Shown piece after piece: positions 10,326 through 19,603 of a stretch of DNA of 64,000 nucleotides. The stretch's first letter is position 1. Each line of letters opens with the position of its first letter. The notes beneath the pieces were generated by a model. That model had not been told where the DNA came from, did not search any database, and worked only from the letters and a program-made list of their open reading frames with translations. The position numbers were made by a program, and so were the translations under genes. Origin of the DNA: Candidatus Bathyarchaeia archaeon (GTDB taxonomy: Archaea; Thermoproteota; Bathyarchaeia; Bathyarchaeales; DTEX01); the NCBI GenBank assembly GCA_038867895.1, contig JAWBXL010000001.1, forward strand, positions 19,334 through 83,333, in the 5' to 3' direction.

Positions 10326-10952
10326 ATGAAATTTAATTTAAGTGATGAGGAGGGGGCTTTTCTTGTTAAGCTGGCGAGACGAGCTGTTCTAGAGAATCTC
10401 AAGGATGGAAAAATAATCAGTCCACCCAAAGAAGTTTCATCAAATTTACTTGAGAAGAGAGGCGTTTTCGTCACAATAAACAGTGTGATTAATGGCGAAA
10501 AGGCTCTTAGAGGATGTATAGGTTTCCCATACCCAATTTACCCCCTAGTTAGAGGAGTTATAGAAGCCGCAGTAGAATCGGCAACGAGAGACCCGCGCTT
10601 CCCACCGATGAAGATTCATGAGCTTGACCATGTAATTTTTGAAGTAAGCGTTCTAACTGAACCCGAATTAATTGAAGTTAATTCACCAATGGAGTATCCT
10701 TCAAGAATAAAGATTGGCGAAGATGGACTAATAGTTGAAAGGGGATTCTATAGAGGTCTACTGTTGCCGCAAGTTCCAGTTGAATGGGGATGGGATGAGG
10801 AAGAATTTCTATGTCAATGCTGCCTAAAGGCTGGCCTACCGCCGGACGGCTGGCTCCTAAAAGGAACAAAAATCTATAAGTTCCAAGCAATAATTTTCGA
10901 GGAAACAAGTCCTAACGGACCAGTAACTAGGAAAACTCTTAAAAAGGAGTAA
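10326..10952 (+). CDS. AMMECR1-domain protein
   Basis: 208-aa ORF with the LRGCIGFPYP motif. Confidence 0.9.
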   Translation: MKFNLSDEEGAFLVKLARRAVLENLKDGKIISPPKEVSSNLLEKRGVFVTINSVINGEKALRGCIGFPYPIYPLVRGVIEAAVESATRDPRFPPMKIHELDHVIFEVSVLTEPELIEVNSPMEYPSRIKIGEDGLIVERGFYRGLLLPQVPVEWGWDEEEFLCQCCLKAGLPPDGWLLKGTKIYKFQAIIFEETSPNGPVTRKTLKKE

Positions 10953-10975
10953 AATTTATGCAATGTTGTTTGAGG

Positions 10976-12049
10976 TTACTCGCCATTTATTCCCGTCAAT
11001 TTTTTGATTCCTTCCTCCTCAATTAGGATCATGTCCTCCATACGCGCTCCACCAAGTCCTGGAATATAAATTCCCGGCTCAACTGTTACAACATTACCCG
11101 CAAGTAGCAAATCTTCACTTAATGGTCCCAGCGTTGGAGGCTCATGTATATCTAATCCCACACCATGGCCCAGATTATGAATAAAATATTTATCATAACC
11201 ATTTTCTGCAATAAATTTCCTGGCAGCTTCATCAACATCCTTTGCCTTAACGCCAGCTCTTATACGATTTATTGCTATCCTCTGCGCCCTTCTGACGGTT
11301 TCATGTATATGCTTTTGTATCCACGTTCCTTCCCCGACAATAACAGTTCTAGTCATATCCGCGCAGTACCCATGATACCTGGCTCCAATATCGATCACGA
11401 CGAGATCTCCATCTTTAATCTCCCGCTCACCTAGACCACCATGTGGATAGGCAGTTTCAGGTCCACTACAAACTATTGTATCAAATGCAACTCCGCTCGA
11501 ACCCATTTTACGCATTTCATACTCCGCCTCGGCGGCAACTTCCCACACCCTCATACCAGGTTTGATAACTTCAAGAGCCCTTTTCATTCCACAGCTTGTT
11601 AATTCAGCCGCTCTTCTTATGAGCGCTAATTCAATTTCATCCTTCACTTTCCTTAGAGACCAAATTATGTCCCCTAGCAGCTCAAACCTAACTTTTCCTA
11701 AAGAATCTTTTATTCTTTGATATTCAGCTACATCCATTTTGTCGAACCCTATGGACTTAAATCTTCTTTTCAAAATTGCATCGAGAACCTTTCTTTCAAT
11801 TTTTTCTCCAACCTCCACTAATTCAACTATTACATTTCTGGCAAGGCTTCTAGCAGCTTCATAATTTACTGAGTACACAAAAAGAATGCTTTCTTCCTCA
11901 ACTGGAATTAAGAGTTTTGCGCCCCATGGAAAACCACTCAAATAATATATATTCTTTTCATCATTCACTAAAATTGCGTCAAAGCCCATCTCAGCAACAT
12001 TATCTTTCAGTTTCTTCACGCGCTTTTCGTACACCAAGTGAGGCACCAA
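10976..12049 (-). CDS. M24-family Xaa-Pro aminopeptidase/dipeptidase
   Basis: 357-aa ORF with pita-bread motifs VIDIGARYHGYCADMTRT, HGVGLDIHEPP, VTVEPGIY and ARMEDM. Confidence 0.85.
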   Translation of the reverse strand: MVPHLVYEKRVKKLKDNVAEMGFDAILVNDEKNIYYLSGFPWGAKLLIPVEEESILFVYSVNYEAARSLARNVIVELVEVGEKIERKVLDAILKRRFKSIGFDKMDVAEYQRIKDSLGKVRFELLGDIIWSLRKVKDEIELALIRRAAELTSCGMKRALEVIKPGMRVWEVAAEAEYEMRKMGSSGVAFDTIVCSGPETAYPHGGLGEREIKDGDLVVIDIGARYHGYCADMTRTVIVGEGTWIQKHIHETVRRAQRIAINRIRAGVKAKDVDEAARKFIAENGYDKYFIHNLGHGVGLDIHEPPTLGPLSEDLLLAGNVVTVEPGIYIPGLGGARMEDMILIEEEGIKKLTGINGE

Positions 12050-12085
12050 GCCAAATATCTTGGTATGCTTATTAATGAGGTTTTG

Positions 12086-13855
12086 CTAAAAAGATATTTT
12101 GCGCAGAATTTCCTCCGGTTTTAATTCTTCTTGAGACCTTATTAAGGCTTCTTCAACATATATTTGAATAGCATATTTAACTGGGTCTATACCTATTGGT
12201 ATAAAGTTTTCTTTAGCATTAAAATACTCTATAAGCGACGCGGAACATGCGAAGCTTAGGGCTTTGTCCTCAAGTCTTGCTGAGAACATGAGAGTCTCAT
12301 CTTTTATTTCATCGAGTATAATTTCTCTAGTCTTAGCGATCAATCGATATATATCCTCAGTTATCATTACTGGTTTATATGGGAATTCATTTTTAACAAG
12401 AGGATGCCGCGTTTCAATCGCGTAGACTAGAGTTAGATGATCTCTTATTGCCTGTGCCATTTTTCCAACATCTAGTTTTCCAAGAAGAACTTTCATCTGA
12501 CTTTCAGCTATCTCCACAAAACGCCCCTTTGTTAAGCGGTGAAGTCTGCATAACATTCTATCTTCGATAGCTCTGAAGTTTGGATCTTGGATCGTTACAT
12601 CATATCCCCTTTTATGAACTGAGACATTATAGTTTACGACGAAGAATGAAGTGAACTTATACGGACCTATAACCTCCCGCTGTGTTTCATATTTTATTTC
12701 TCCCTGCTCCATAGCAATCTTAAGCGGCTCAACCATGCCCTTATACCTGAAAAAATCATTAAACTCTGGAATAATAAAGTTGAACGTTCTTCCAGCATAG
12801 GCTTGCCCGATTCTGATGAACCTAGCAGGCGTCATCCCCCCGAAGTAGCGATTTCTTCCAGGTATTCCATGGGCTGGTAATCCCATACTCATCTTCCCAA
12901 ATATTATATCCCTTGTTGCGAAGCTTTTTCCTGTTCCGGGATCGCCAAACAGTGCTAGAGACCACCCCGTCCTCTTAACTACCTTTTTGAGTGGATTAAT
13001 TACTTCAGCATCTGCTAATCCATACTGTTGAGTTAGACTAAGTAGACTATCAAAGTGTAAGATTGGTCCAAAAAGATTTTGAAGATAACTTGAGAGCTTT
13101 GATATGCTGAAGGTTTTACCAAATTTTATCGCCTCTTCAAGCCTGTTTTCAATTAGATCAGATAAATAAGAGTCTAATTCTAAATCCATTTTTTCAATGA
13201 GCTTTCTTTCCTCGGCTAATGGATCCATTTTTCTCTTTTCTTCGATTAAATTTATGGTTTCGGTTTTTAATCTTATTTGAGACTTCTCTTTCTTTCCGCT
13301 TATTTCAACTTCAACGACTGGAAAAGTTTCTTTTGGTATACTCCATTCTCTGTATTTTTCGCCGATATATGACGTGACTACTATGCCTAAATCCTCTAAA
13401 TCGCTTAGCATTTCGTAAGCTTGAGGTATTTTAGTAAAATCCTTAATAGTATATGAGTTTATAATGCCGCCGCCTTCAATAATAGCCTTTAGGAAATTCA
13501 TTCCATCTGAACCATACGTTAATTTAAATCTGCGTAATCCATCGCTAATGAGTTTCCATGAACCCTCAAAAGAGAGCTTTCCATTAATTAGTGTGTAATG
13601 CTTCCCTTTAAAGATAGCCCAGTCTCTAGGCTTATATTTCTGGAATATCTGCTTCAGAACATCATCAGTTATTTTTAAAGATATTTCAGTGGCAGCTTCA
13701 TCTTCATCAATATCCCAGCAACAAGCAAACCTATCAAAGTAAGGTATCTTCAGCCATCTACCAATATCAAACAGATGACTTATAGAATAGGCTCTCTTAA
13801 GAAGCTCCTTTCTCTCAGAGATCTTTTCACAATCCTCTGGAATCAACTTTTCCAC
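12086..13855 (-). CDS. Orphan AAA+ ATPase with an MCM/Mg-chelatase-like core and an uncharacterised N-terminal half
   Basis: 589-aa ORF. Motifs: Walker A ALFGDPGTGKS (aa 301-311), Walker B-like FIIPEFND, AMEQGEIKY, FFVVNYN, EDRMLCRL. No recognisable MCM N-terminal OB/Zn domain. Confidence 0.5.
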   Translation of the reverse strand: MEKLIPEDCEKISERKELLKRAYSISHLFDIGRWLKIPYFDRFACCWDIDEDEAATEISLKITDDVLKQIFQKYKPRDWAIFKGKHYTLINGKLSFEGSWKLISDGLRRFKLTYGSDGMNFLKAIIEGGGIINSYTIKDFTKIPQAYEMLSDLEDLGIVVTSYIGEKYREWSIPKETFPVVEVEISGKKEKSQIRLKTETINLIEEKRKMDPLAEERKLIEKMDLELDSYLSDLIENRLEEAIKFGKTFSISKLSSYLQNLFGPILHFDSLLSLTQQYGLADAEVINPLKKVVKRTGWSLALFGDPGTGKSFATRDIIFGKMSMGLPAHGIPGRNRYFGGMTPARFIRIGQAYAGRTFNFIIPEFNDFFRYKGMVEPLKIAMEQGEIKYETQREVIGPYKFTSFFVVNYNVSVHKRGYDVTIQDPNFRAIEDRMLCRLHRLTKGRFVEIAESQMKVLLGKLDVGKMAQAIRDHLTLVYAIETRHPLVKNEFPYKPVMITEDIYRLIAKTREIILDEIKDETLMFSARLEDKALSFACSASLIEYFNAKENFIPIGIDPVKYAIQIYVEEALIRSQEELKPEEILRKISF

Positions 13856-14135
13856 TCATATCCTCCTTAGAAAACTACCTGTAATAATAGTTTACTTGAT
13901 TCTTGAAAAATAAATCTTTGTTTATAAAAAGTCACGAAATCTTTATTTAAAAAGCGATCCTTTTTATTGAGTGGCAATGCTCTGTCACAAAAATGCTAAT
14001 ATACGGTAGCTAATGCTTCCTTTTGAACAATTAAAAGTTAAATCTGCATGAGCAAGACAATATGAAAAGATTAAATCTTTTTCCTTTTAACCAATGGTAA
14101 CAAACAAGAGACTTAATACTAAATCAAAAATAATT

Positions 14136-15305
14136 TTACTTAAAACAGGACCAATAAGCGCTTAATAAATCTTTTAGCTGATTAACTATCCTCTCAACTT
14201 TATCCATATTCTGCCATGGATTTGGCGGGGCTGGATAATGATCCTTTATATCATCTTCACTTTTGTTTAATTCTGCTATACCAGCTATTAACGCATACCA
14301 GCAGTAAGGTAGAACGTAAATGTTATATCCGCTTGCAATAAGGAGCACGGCTCTTCCATTACATACCTCATCTGACACTTGACCTATTATATGCGCTATT
14401 TTAAAGAAGCCTTTAGCAGTTAATCCGAGACTTCCTAGGTGGTCAGCGAAGTGAGCGTCGCTTCCACCATTGGCTATAATAATTTCAGGCTTAAATTCCT
14501 TTGCGAGTGGTGGGAATATCTCTTTTAAAGCATAGAGGTAAGTCTCCTCGCCAGTCCTTATAGGGAGTGGAATATTTACGTTATACCCTGTTCCCCTATT
14601 ATATCCTATTTCGTTAATAAAGCCGCGCCCCGGGTAAATAGTCATCGGGTCTTGATGTATCGAGATGAAGAGTACTGTGGGATCCGAGTAATATATGTCG
14701 CTTGTCCCATTTCCTGCATGAGCATCATAATCAAGGACTAGAAACCTCTTCACATGGAATTTCTCCCTTAAATATTCTATTAAAATAGCTACATCATTGA
14801 AGAGGCAGAAGCCACCGCCATAATCCTTGCCAGCATGGTGAAAGCCTCCCCCCAAGGCTACGGCTCTCTCAAATTCGCTCCTAAAAACTGCTTCTCCAGC
14901 TCTAATAACTCCGCCAATGATATACATTAAAGCCTCAAGAATTTTCTCTGAAGTCGGTGTATCTATATCGTATAACTCATTTGTCTTAGCTAAACGAAAT
15001 ATATAATCAACATATTTTTTTGTATGCACACTAAGAAGGATTTCCCTTTTAACGGGTTCTGGTCTGATTAATGATATATTCGGCAAATTAAAAAGTTTCA
15101 TTTTCTCAAAGTATTCCATGGCTCTTATGAATCTGTCTCCTCTAAACGGGTGGTTGATACCTAAATCATACTGGGTATATTTCTCATGATATACTATGCA
15201 TGTTTTTTTAGAAGGCAAGAATTTCTCTCCTGAACGCGCTTTTGTTTGTTCAATTAATATTTTTATTAATGATCTCAACATATTAAACTTAGTGATGCAA
15301 ATCAA
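14136..15305 (-). CDS. Histone deacetylase / acetylpolyamine amidohydrolase family protein
   Basis: 389-aa ORF with GGGFHHAGKDYGGGFCLFNDVAI and DYDAHAGNGT. The start is TTG 15305 (overlapping the upstream stop) or ATG 15281. Confidence 0.85.
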   Translation of the reverse strand: MICITKFNMLRSLIKILIEQTKARSGEKFLPSKKTCIVYHEKYTQYDLGINHPFRGDRFIRAMEYFEKMKLFNLPNISLIRPEPVKREILLSVHTKKYVDYIFRLAKTNELYDIDTPTSEKILEALMYIIGGVIRAGEAVFRSEFERAVALGGGFHHAGKDYGGGFCLFNDVAILIEYLREKFHVKRFLVLDYDAHAGNGTSDIYYSDPTVLFISIHQDPMTIYPGRGFINEIGYNRGTGYNVNIPLPIRTGEETYLYALKEIFPPLAKEFKPEIIIANGGSDAHFADHLGSLGLTAKGFFKIAHIIGQVSDEVCNGRAVLLIASGYNIYVLPYCWYALIAGIAELNKSEDDIKDHYPAPPNPWQNMDKVERIVNQLKDLLSAYWSCFK

Positions 15306-16036
15306 TGTTTATTCCAAAGCATATATATTGGGGCAATAATTTTCTTTACAATCTCGTTTCTTGGTTCCCTCAGGATTTCCTCAGGCTTACCGAATTGTAT
15401 TATCCTACCAGAGTACATGATTGCAATCTGATCACCAATTTTGAAGGCATCCTCTGGATTATGCGTTACGCAAAGTGTCGTTACACCAGTCTTCCTCTGT
15501 AGATTTTTGAGGTTCGCTATAACCTCAGTCTTAGTCATTTCATCAATATTGCTAAGCGGTTCGTCGAGCAGTAGAAGGGATGGTTTTGTCGCAAGAGCTC
15601 TAGCTAAAGCTACACGCTGTCTCTGTCCACCACTTAGCTCCTTCGGTCTCCGCTTCTCAAGTCCCTCTAAACCAACTATCTCTAGTAGGCTCTTCACCCT
15701 TTCATCAATTTCATTCCTTGGGTAGCCCCTAACCTTTAGACCAAAGGATATGTTCTCGTAGACGTTCAGATGCGGAAATAAGCCGAAGTCTTGCGGTACA
15801 TAACCTATATTCCTTTTTTCAATGGGCATATTGGTGACGTCCTCATCACCTATCAATATCGACCCTTTATCTGGTCTTAAAGCCCCTAAAACAACTAGGA
15901 GCAGGGTTGTCTTGCCGCATCCGCTTGGCCCCATGATAACCATGAGCTCACCAGATTTCACAAAGAGGTCAACTTCATCTAAAGCCTTTACGTTGCCAAA
16001 GTATTTTGAAACCTTCCAAACTGAGAGACTTTTCAT
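15302..16036 (-). CDS. ABC transporter ATP-binding protein
   Basis: 244-aa ORF with Walker A GPSGCGKTT, signature LSGGQRQRVALARAL and Walker B LLLLDEP. No TOBE domain. Confidence 0.9.
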   Translation of the reverse strand: MKSLSVWKVSKYFGNVKALDEVDLFVKSGELMVIMGPSGCGKTTLLLVVLGALRPDKGSILIGDEDVTNMPIEKRNIGYVPQDFGLFPHLNVYENISFGLKVRGYPRNEIDERVKSLLEIVGLEGLEKRRPKELSGGQRQRVALARALATKPSLLLLDEPLSNIDEMTKTEVIANLKNLQRKTGVTTLCVTHNPEDAFKIGDQIAIMYSGRIIQFGKPEEILREPRNEIVKKIIAPIYMLWNKH

Positions 16037-16788
16037 TCACTTCTCCTCGCAATAAATCTGAATAGAAGTAGAGCCGCTATTGATAAACTCTCTGTTATTA
16101 CAGAGGCGGCTATCGCTATTTCTGGGCTTTCCCGGGAGGCTAGATAAATTAATACTGGAAGCGTTTCCGTCACCCATGGAATCGCACCTGCAAAAATTAA
16201 TGTTGCGGCTAGCTCACCCATAGCTCTTGCCCACGTTAGCGAGAAGCCAGCAGCTAAGTCTCTAAAAGTCATTGGGAGAAGGATTCTGCTCAAAATATGG
16301 CTAGTTTTCGCCCCTAAAGACCTGGCTATTATATCTATCCCGCTCTCCCTTATCTCATGGAAGCGTCTGGCGGCGAAGCTTATTGTGAAGGGCGCTGAAA
16401 CATAGAACTTTGCTATTATTACTGCCATGAACGTATAAGCCAAACCGAAACGCCCAAACATAAGTAAATAGACAAGCCCCTCTGTAACCGGAGGAAAAGT
16501 TTGTGGAAGATCTATTAAAAACGTTTCGAGAATATACTTTCCGTGAAAATCAGAGTAAGTTAGTATGTAGGCAACTGGGATCGCGGCCGCTATGGCTAGA
16601 GCGCCAACGATGAATGCCGAGGAAACGCTAATCACGATTGCTCCATGAACTCTTCTATCGAATAATGCGCTTAAGACAAGATCCCATTTCTCACCGACAG
16701 CAACATAAAGGTAAAGAATTGATATAAACATGTAAATTATTACGACTGAAGCCATTAATTTTATTGCGATCTCAAGTTTATCACCCAT
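16033..16788 (-). CDS. ABC transporter permease (ModB/WtpB/CysTW-like)
   Basis: 251-aa hydrophobic ORF with EAA-loop ARSLGAKTSHILSRILLP ... GELAATLIFAG. It overlaps the ATPase gene by 4 nt. Confidence 0.85.
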   Translation of the reverse strand: MGDKLEIAIKLMASVVIIYMFISILYLYVAVGEKWDLVLSALFDRRVHGAIVISVSSAFIVGALAIAAAIPVAYILTYSDFHGKYILETFLIDLPQTFPPVTEGLVYLLMFGRFGLAYTFMAVIIAKFYVSAPFTISFAARRFHEIRESGIDIIARSLGAKTSHILSRILLPMTFRDLAAGFSLTWARAMGELAATLIFAGAIPWVTETLPVLIYLASRESPEIAIAASVITESLSIAALLLFRFIARRSE

Positions 16789-16823
16789 CTTTTCACCTTA
16801 AGCAACCGTGCGTAGGAATTCAT

Positions 16824-17165
16824 CTATTTTTGGGTTAAAAGCAATATTGCTTGAGCAAGATCTCCGCCTGTCTGCTCAAGTGCTGCTCTTGCTTCCTCCA
16901 AGCTCACATTTGCCTGCTGGGCAACCAGAATAACATCCTCTTCCGGAATCTGAACTTTTTTCACGATGCTTCTTTCAGCGATCTTCTCACCAGTTATCTG
17001 AAATACTTTCTGCCCTTGAACCTCAAGAACTGTGACTTCAGGGTTCTCTATTACTATTTCCATATCCCTAGCCTTGATTATAACCTCGCTTGCCTCGATT
17101 GTCCTCATACTCATACCCATGCGCTGTAAGAGTCTCTTAGCTTCTCGTGGGCTCAGTCTCCGCAT
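16824..17165 (-). CDS. nac: Nascent polypeptide-associated complex protein
   Basis: 113-aa ORF with a NAC domain and a C-terminal UBA-like segment (EEARAALEQTGGDLAQAILLL). Confidence 0.9.
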   Translation of the reverse strand: MRRLSPREAKRLLQRMGMSMRTIEASEVIIKARDMEIVIENPEVTVLEVQGQKVFQITGEKIAERSIVKKVQIPEEDVILVAQQANVSLEEARAALEQTGGDLAQAILLLTQK

Positions 17166-17214
17166 GATTTAATCCCCCTTTCATTACACATAAATGTTTT
17201 CCTCTTTTGTCTAT

Positions 17215-17742
17215 TTATCTTTCGCATCTGCCTTTGCGCACCTTAACAGCGACTCCCCTTCTAAAGGTCTTCATTTCATGACCAGAAAGTAGCGCCTTAC
17301 CGACAGCTACAATATTTTCATCATCATCTATGACGATAACTTCTTCTCTGGGGCGAATTTCTTCATCTGCGTCCACAACATGTTTGGCGAATACATCATT
17401 TCCTGCTTCAATGAAAGGGATTACACTATCGTCTACCTTAACCCATAAGCGCTTCCGCCCCATTGATGAAAAGACTCTTCTTGCCCCTTCAATAGTTAGC
17501 GTGAAAAGCCCAGTTATCGGATTTAATGCTGCTAAAAGTTCCTCGCCTAAATAAATATATTTTATTCTACCAGTCTTTTTAGAGAAGAGGACTTTGATAT
17601 GATCTGGAAATAGCTTTTCTCCGATATCTTCGCCAAATTGATAGCTAGATATTTTTCTTACGCGTTCTAGAACGTTTCTCCAAGTAATATTTGAGTTCCC
17701 CCTCCAATGAAACCCCGCGAAACATTTTCTGAGTGATTTCAA
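17215..17742 (-). CDS. PUA-domain RNA-binding protein
   Basis: 175-aa ORF with a C-terminal PUA-like segment VAVGKALLSGHEMKTFRRGVAVKVRKG. Confidence 0.6.
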   Translation of the reverse strand: MKSLRKCFAGFHWRGNSNITWRNVLERVRKISSYQFGEDIGEKLFPDHIKVLFSKKTGRIKYIYLGEELLAALNPITGLFTLTIEGARRVFSSMGRKRLWVKVDDSVIPFIEAGNDVFAKHVVDADEEIRPREEVIVIDDDENIVAVGKALLSGHEMKTFRRGVAVKVRKGRCER

Positions 17743-17805
17743 GATAAATAAATTAAGGTTGATGTTAAAATATTTTATTGATTAAATGTATTAAGGTGCT
17801 CCGCT

Positions 17806-18345
17806 TTGCAATGTGATGTTTGTGGTCGTGAAATTATTGGGAAACCGCATAGGGTGATTATTGAAAAGGCTAGAGTGATCACGTGTGCTGAGTGTGCAAA
17901 GCTTGGTTCAGATTACTGGACTCCAAAAGATGAAATCTACCAGAAAAAAGATGCTCCAGTCTTATTGAAGAGCACAAAGCCAATCGCAGGAAATAAATAT
18001 TTCCGTGATCAGCTGCCTTCACTAGATAATCTTGAGATAATTGAAGGCTTTGGATTAATAGTTAAAAGAGCGCGTGAGAAATTAGGTTTAACACCCGAGG
18101 GTCTTGGCAGGATGATTGGAGAGAAGGAGTCTGTAGTAAAAAAGATTGAGAGCGAGAAAATTATCCCAGACGTTAGGTTAGCGGCTAAGCTCGAACGGGC
18201 ACTAAGGATAAAACTGTTAGTTAAGCAATCTGAAACAGACTTAGATAGGTCGATCAGCGCTTCAATGAAAAGAAAAAGGAGTCTTACATTGGGCGAGATT
18301 GTTCAAATAAAGGGAAGTGAGAGGGGAGAGACGGACGAGGAATAG
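17806..18345 (+). CDS. mbf1: Multiprotein bridging factor 1 (Zn-ribbon + Cro/C1 HTH)
   Basis: 179-aa ORF with N-terminal CDVCGREI...CAECAK and an HTH region REKLGLTPEGLGRMIGEKESVVKKIESEK. Confidence 0.85.
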   Translation: MQCDVCGREIIGKPHRVIIEKARVITCAECAKLGSDYWTPKDEIYQKKDAPVLLKSTKPIAGNKYFRDQLPSLDNLEIIEGFGLIVKRAREKLGLTPEGLGRMIGEKESVVKKIESEKIIPDVRLAAKLERALRIKLLVKQSETDLDRSISASMKRKRSLTLGEIVQIKGSERGETDEE

Positions 18346-19603
18346 GGCGATAATAGTATATCGAAGAGAACACTTCGAAAAATCATGTATAGAGGAGCTT
18401 AAAAGCTTGGCAGAGGCAGCTGGTTATGAAGTTGTTGGCATAGTTGAGCAGGTAAGATCTCCTCACCCACGCTATAATATAGGTCCAGGAAAAGCTAAGG
18501 AGCTCGCTCAGATGGTTAAAGATTTAGGGGCGGAGAAGATAATCTTTGGAAACGATCTTAAAATCGTTCAGATATATAACCTTGCTAAAATAACTGGCGT
18601 GGAAGTAATTGATCGTTTTCAGCTGATTTTAGAGATATTTGTTAAAAGAGCCTCAACGAAAGAGGCTAAATTACAGATCGAGCTGGCACGGTTGCAGTAT
18701 GAGCTAGCTCACGCCAAAGAAAAGGTTAGGCTTGCTAAGATGGGTGAGCAGCCCGGCTTTCACGGACTGGGTAGATATGAAGCAGACATTTACTACAATG
18801 CGATTAAAAGAAGAATTCATAAAATTCAGGAGAAGCTTAGAGAGATTAGAAAATTAAGAGAAGTTCACCGTGCGCGTAGAGTCGAGCTTGATTTCCCACT
18901 AATATCATTAACTGGATATACAAATTCTGGTAAAAGCACGCTTTTTAATGTTCTGACGAAAGAAAATGTTTTTACCAGTCCTAACGTCTTCACAACTCTC
19001 TCTACAACAACAAGGGCTATAGAGATTTTTGGAGAAAAGGTCTTAATAACGGATACTGTTGGGTTCATAGATCGTTTACCCATAACCCTAATCGAAGCCT
19101 TCTACTCAACATTGGAAGAGATCACTTTTTCCGATCTAATCTTGCTAGTTATTGACGTAAGTGACTCCCTTGATGAAATCTCAAGGAAGTTTATAGCTTC
19201 CCTTGAGGTTTTGAGAAAGATAGGTGCAATCGGAATACCTATAATAGTTGCATTAAATAAGATCGATTTATTATCTCAAATGGAAGTGGATGAAAAAATT
19301 AGATATCTGAGCGCAACCTACAGGAATTTAATATTTGTCCCGATATCCGCCCTATATGGAACTAATCTAAATTTACTTAAGATGGAAATGGCTAAGATTT
19401 TGAGAAGATATAGGGATTTAGCCTTCTCAATACCCGTGTGTGAGGAATCGCTTTCCTTTCTCTCATGGGTTTATGAAAATACAAACGTGTATAAAGTGAC
19501 GTATAATGGAGATTCCCTTGAAGTGCATATTGGTGCTCCGCAAAATTTGGCAGAGAAGATAAGAGTTTTCGTTGAAAGGATTGGTGGTAAGTTTGTGCAA
19601 TAA
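18317..19603 (+). CDS. hflX: GTPase HflX
   Basis: 428-aa ORF with an HflX N-domain, G1 GYTNSGKSTLFN, G3 DTVGF and G4 NKID. Confidence 0.9.
   Translation: MRGERRTRNRAIIVYRREHFEKSCIEELKSLAEAAGYEVVGIVEQVRSPHPRYNIGPGKAKELAQMVKDLGAEKIIFGNDLKIVQIYNLAKITGVEVIDRFQLILEIFVKRASTKEAKLQIELARLQYELAHAKEKVRLAKMGEQPGFHGLGRYEADIYYNAIKRRIHKIQEKLREIRKLREVHRARRVELDFPLISLTGYTNSGKSTLFNVLTKENVFTSPNVFTTLSTTTRAIEIFGEKVLITDTVGFIDRLPITLIEAFYSTLEEITFSDLILLVIDVSDSLDEISRKFIASLEVLRKIGAIGIPIIVALNKIDLLSQMEVDEKIRYLSATYRNLIFVPISALYGTNLNLLKMEMAKILRRYRDLAFSIPVCEESLSFLSWVYENTNVYKVTYNGDSLEVHIGAPQNLAEKIRVFVERIGGKFVQ

Noticed and set aside
13856-14135. A 280-nt AT-rich spacer next to an MCM-like gene, considered as a possible replication origin.
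   Set aside because: There are no long ORB-like inverted repeats and no orc1/cdc6 gene adjacent. The only repeats are short promoter-like boxes.
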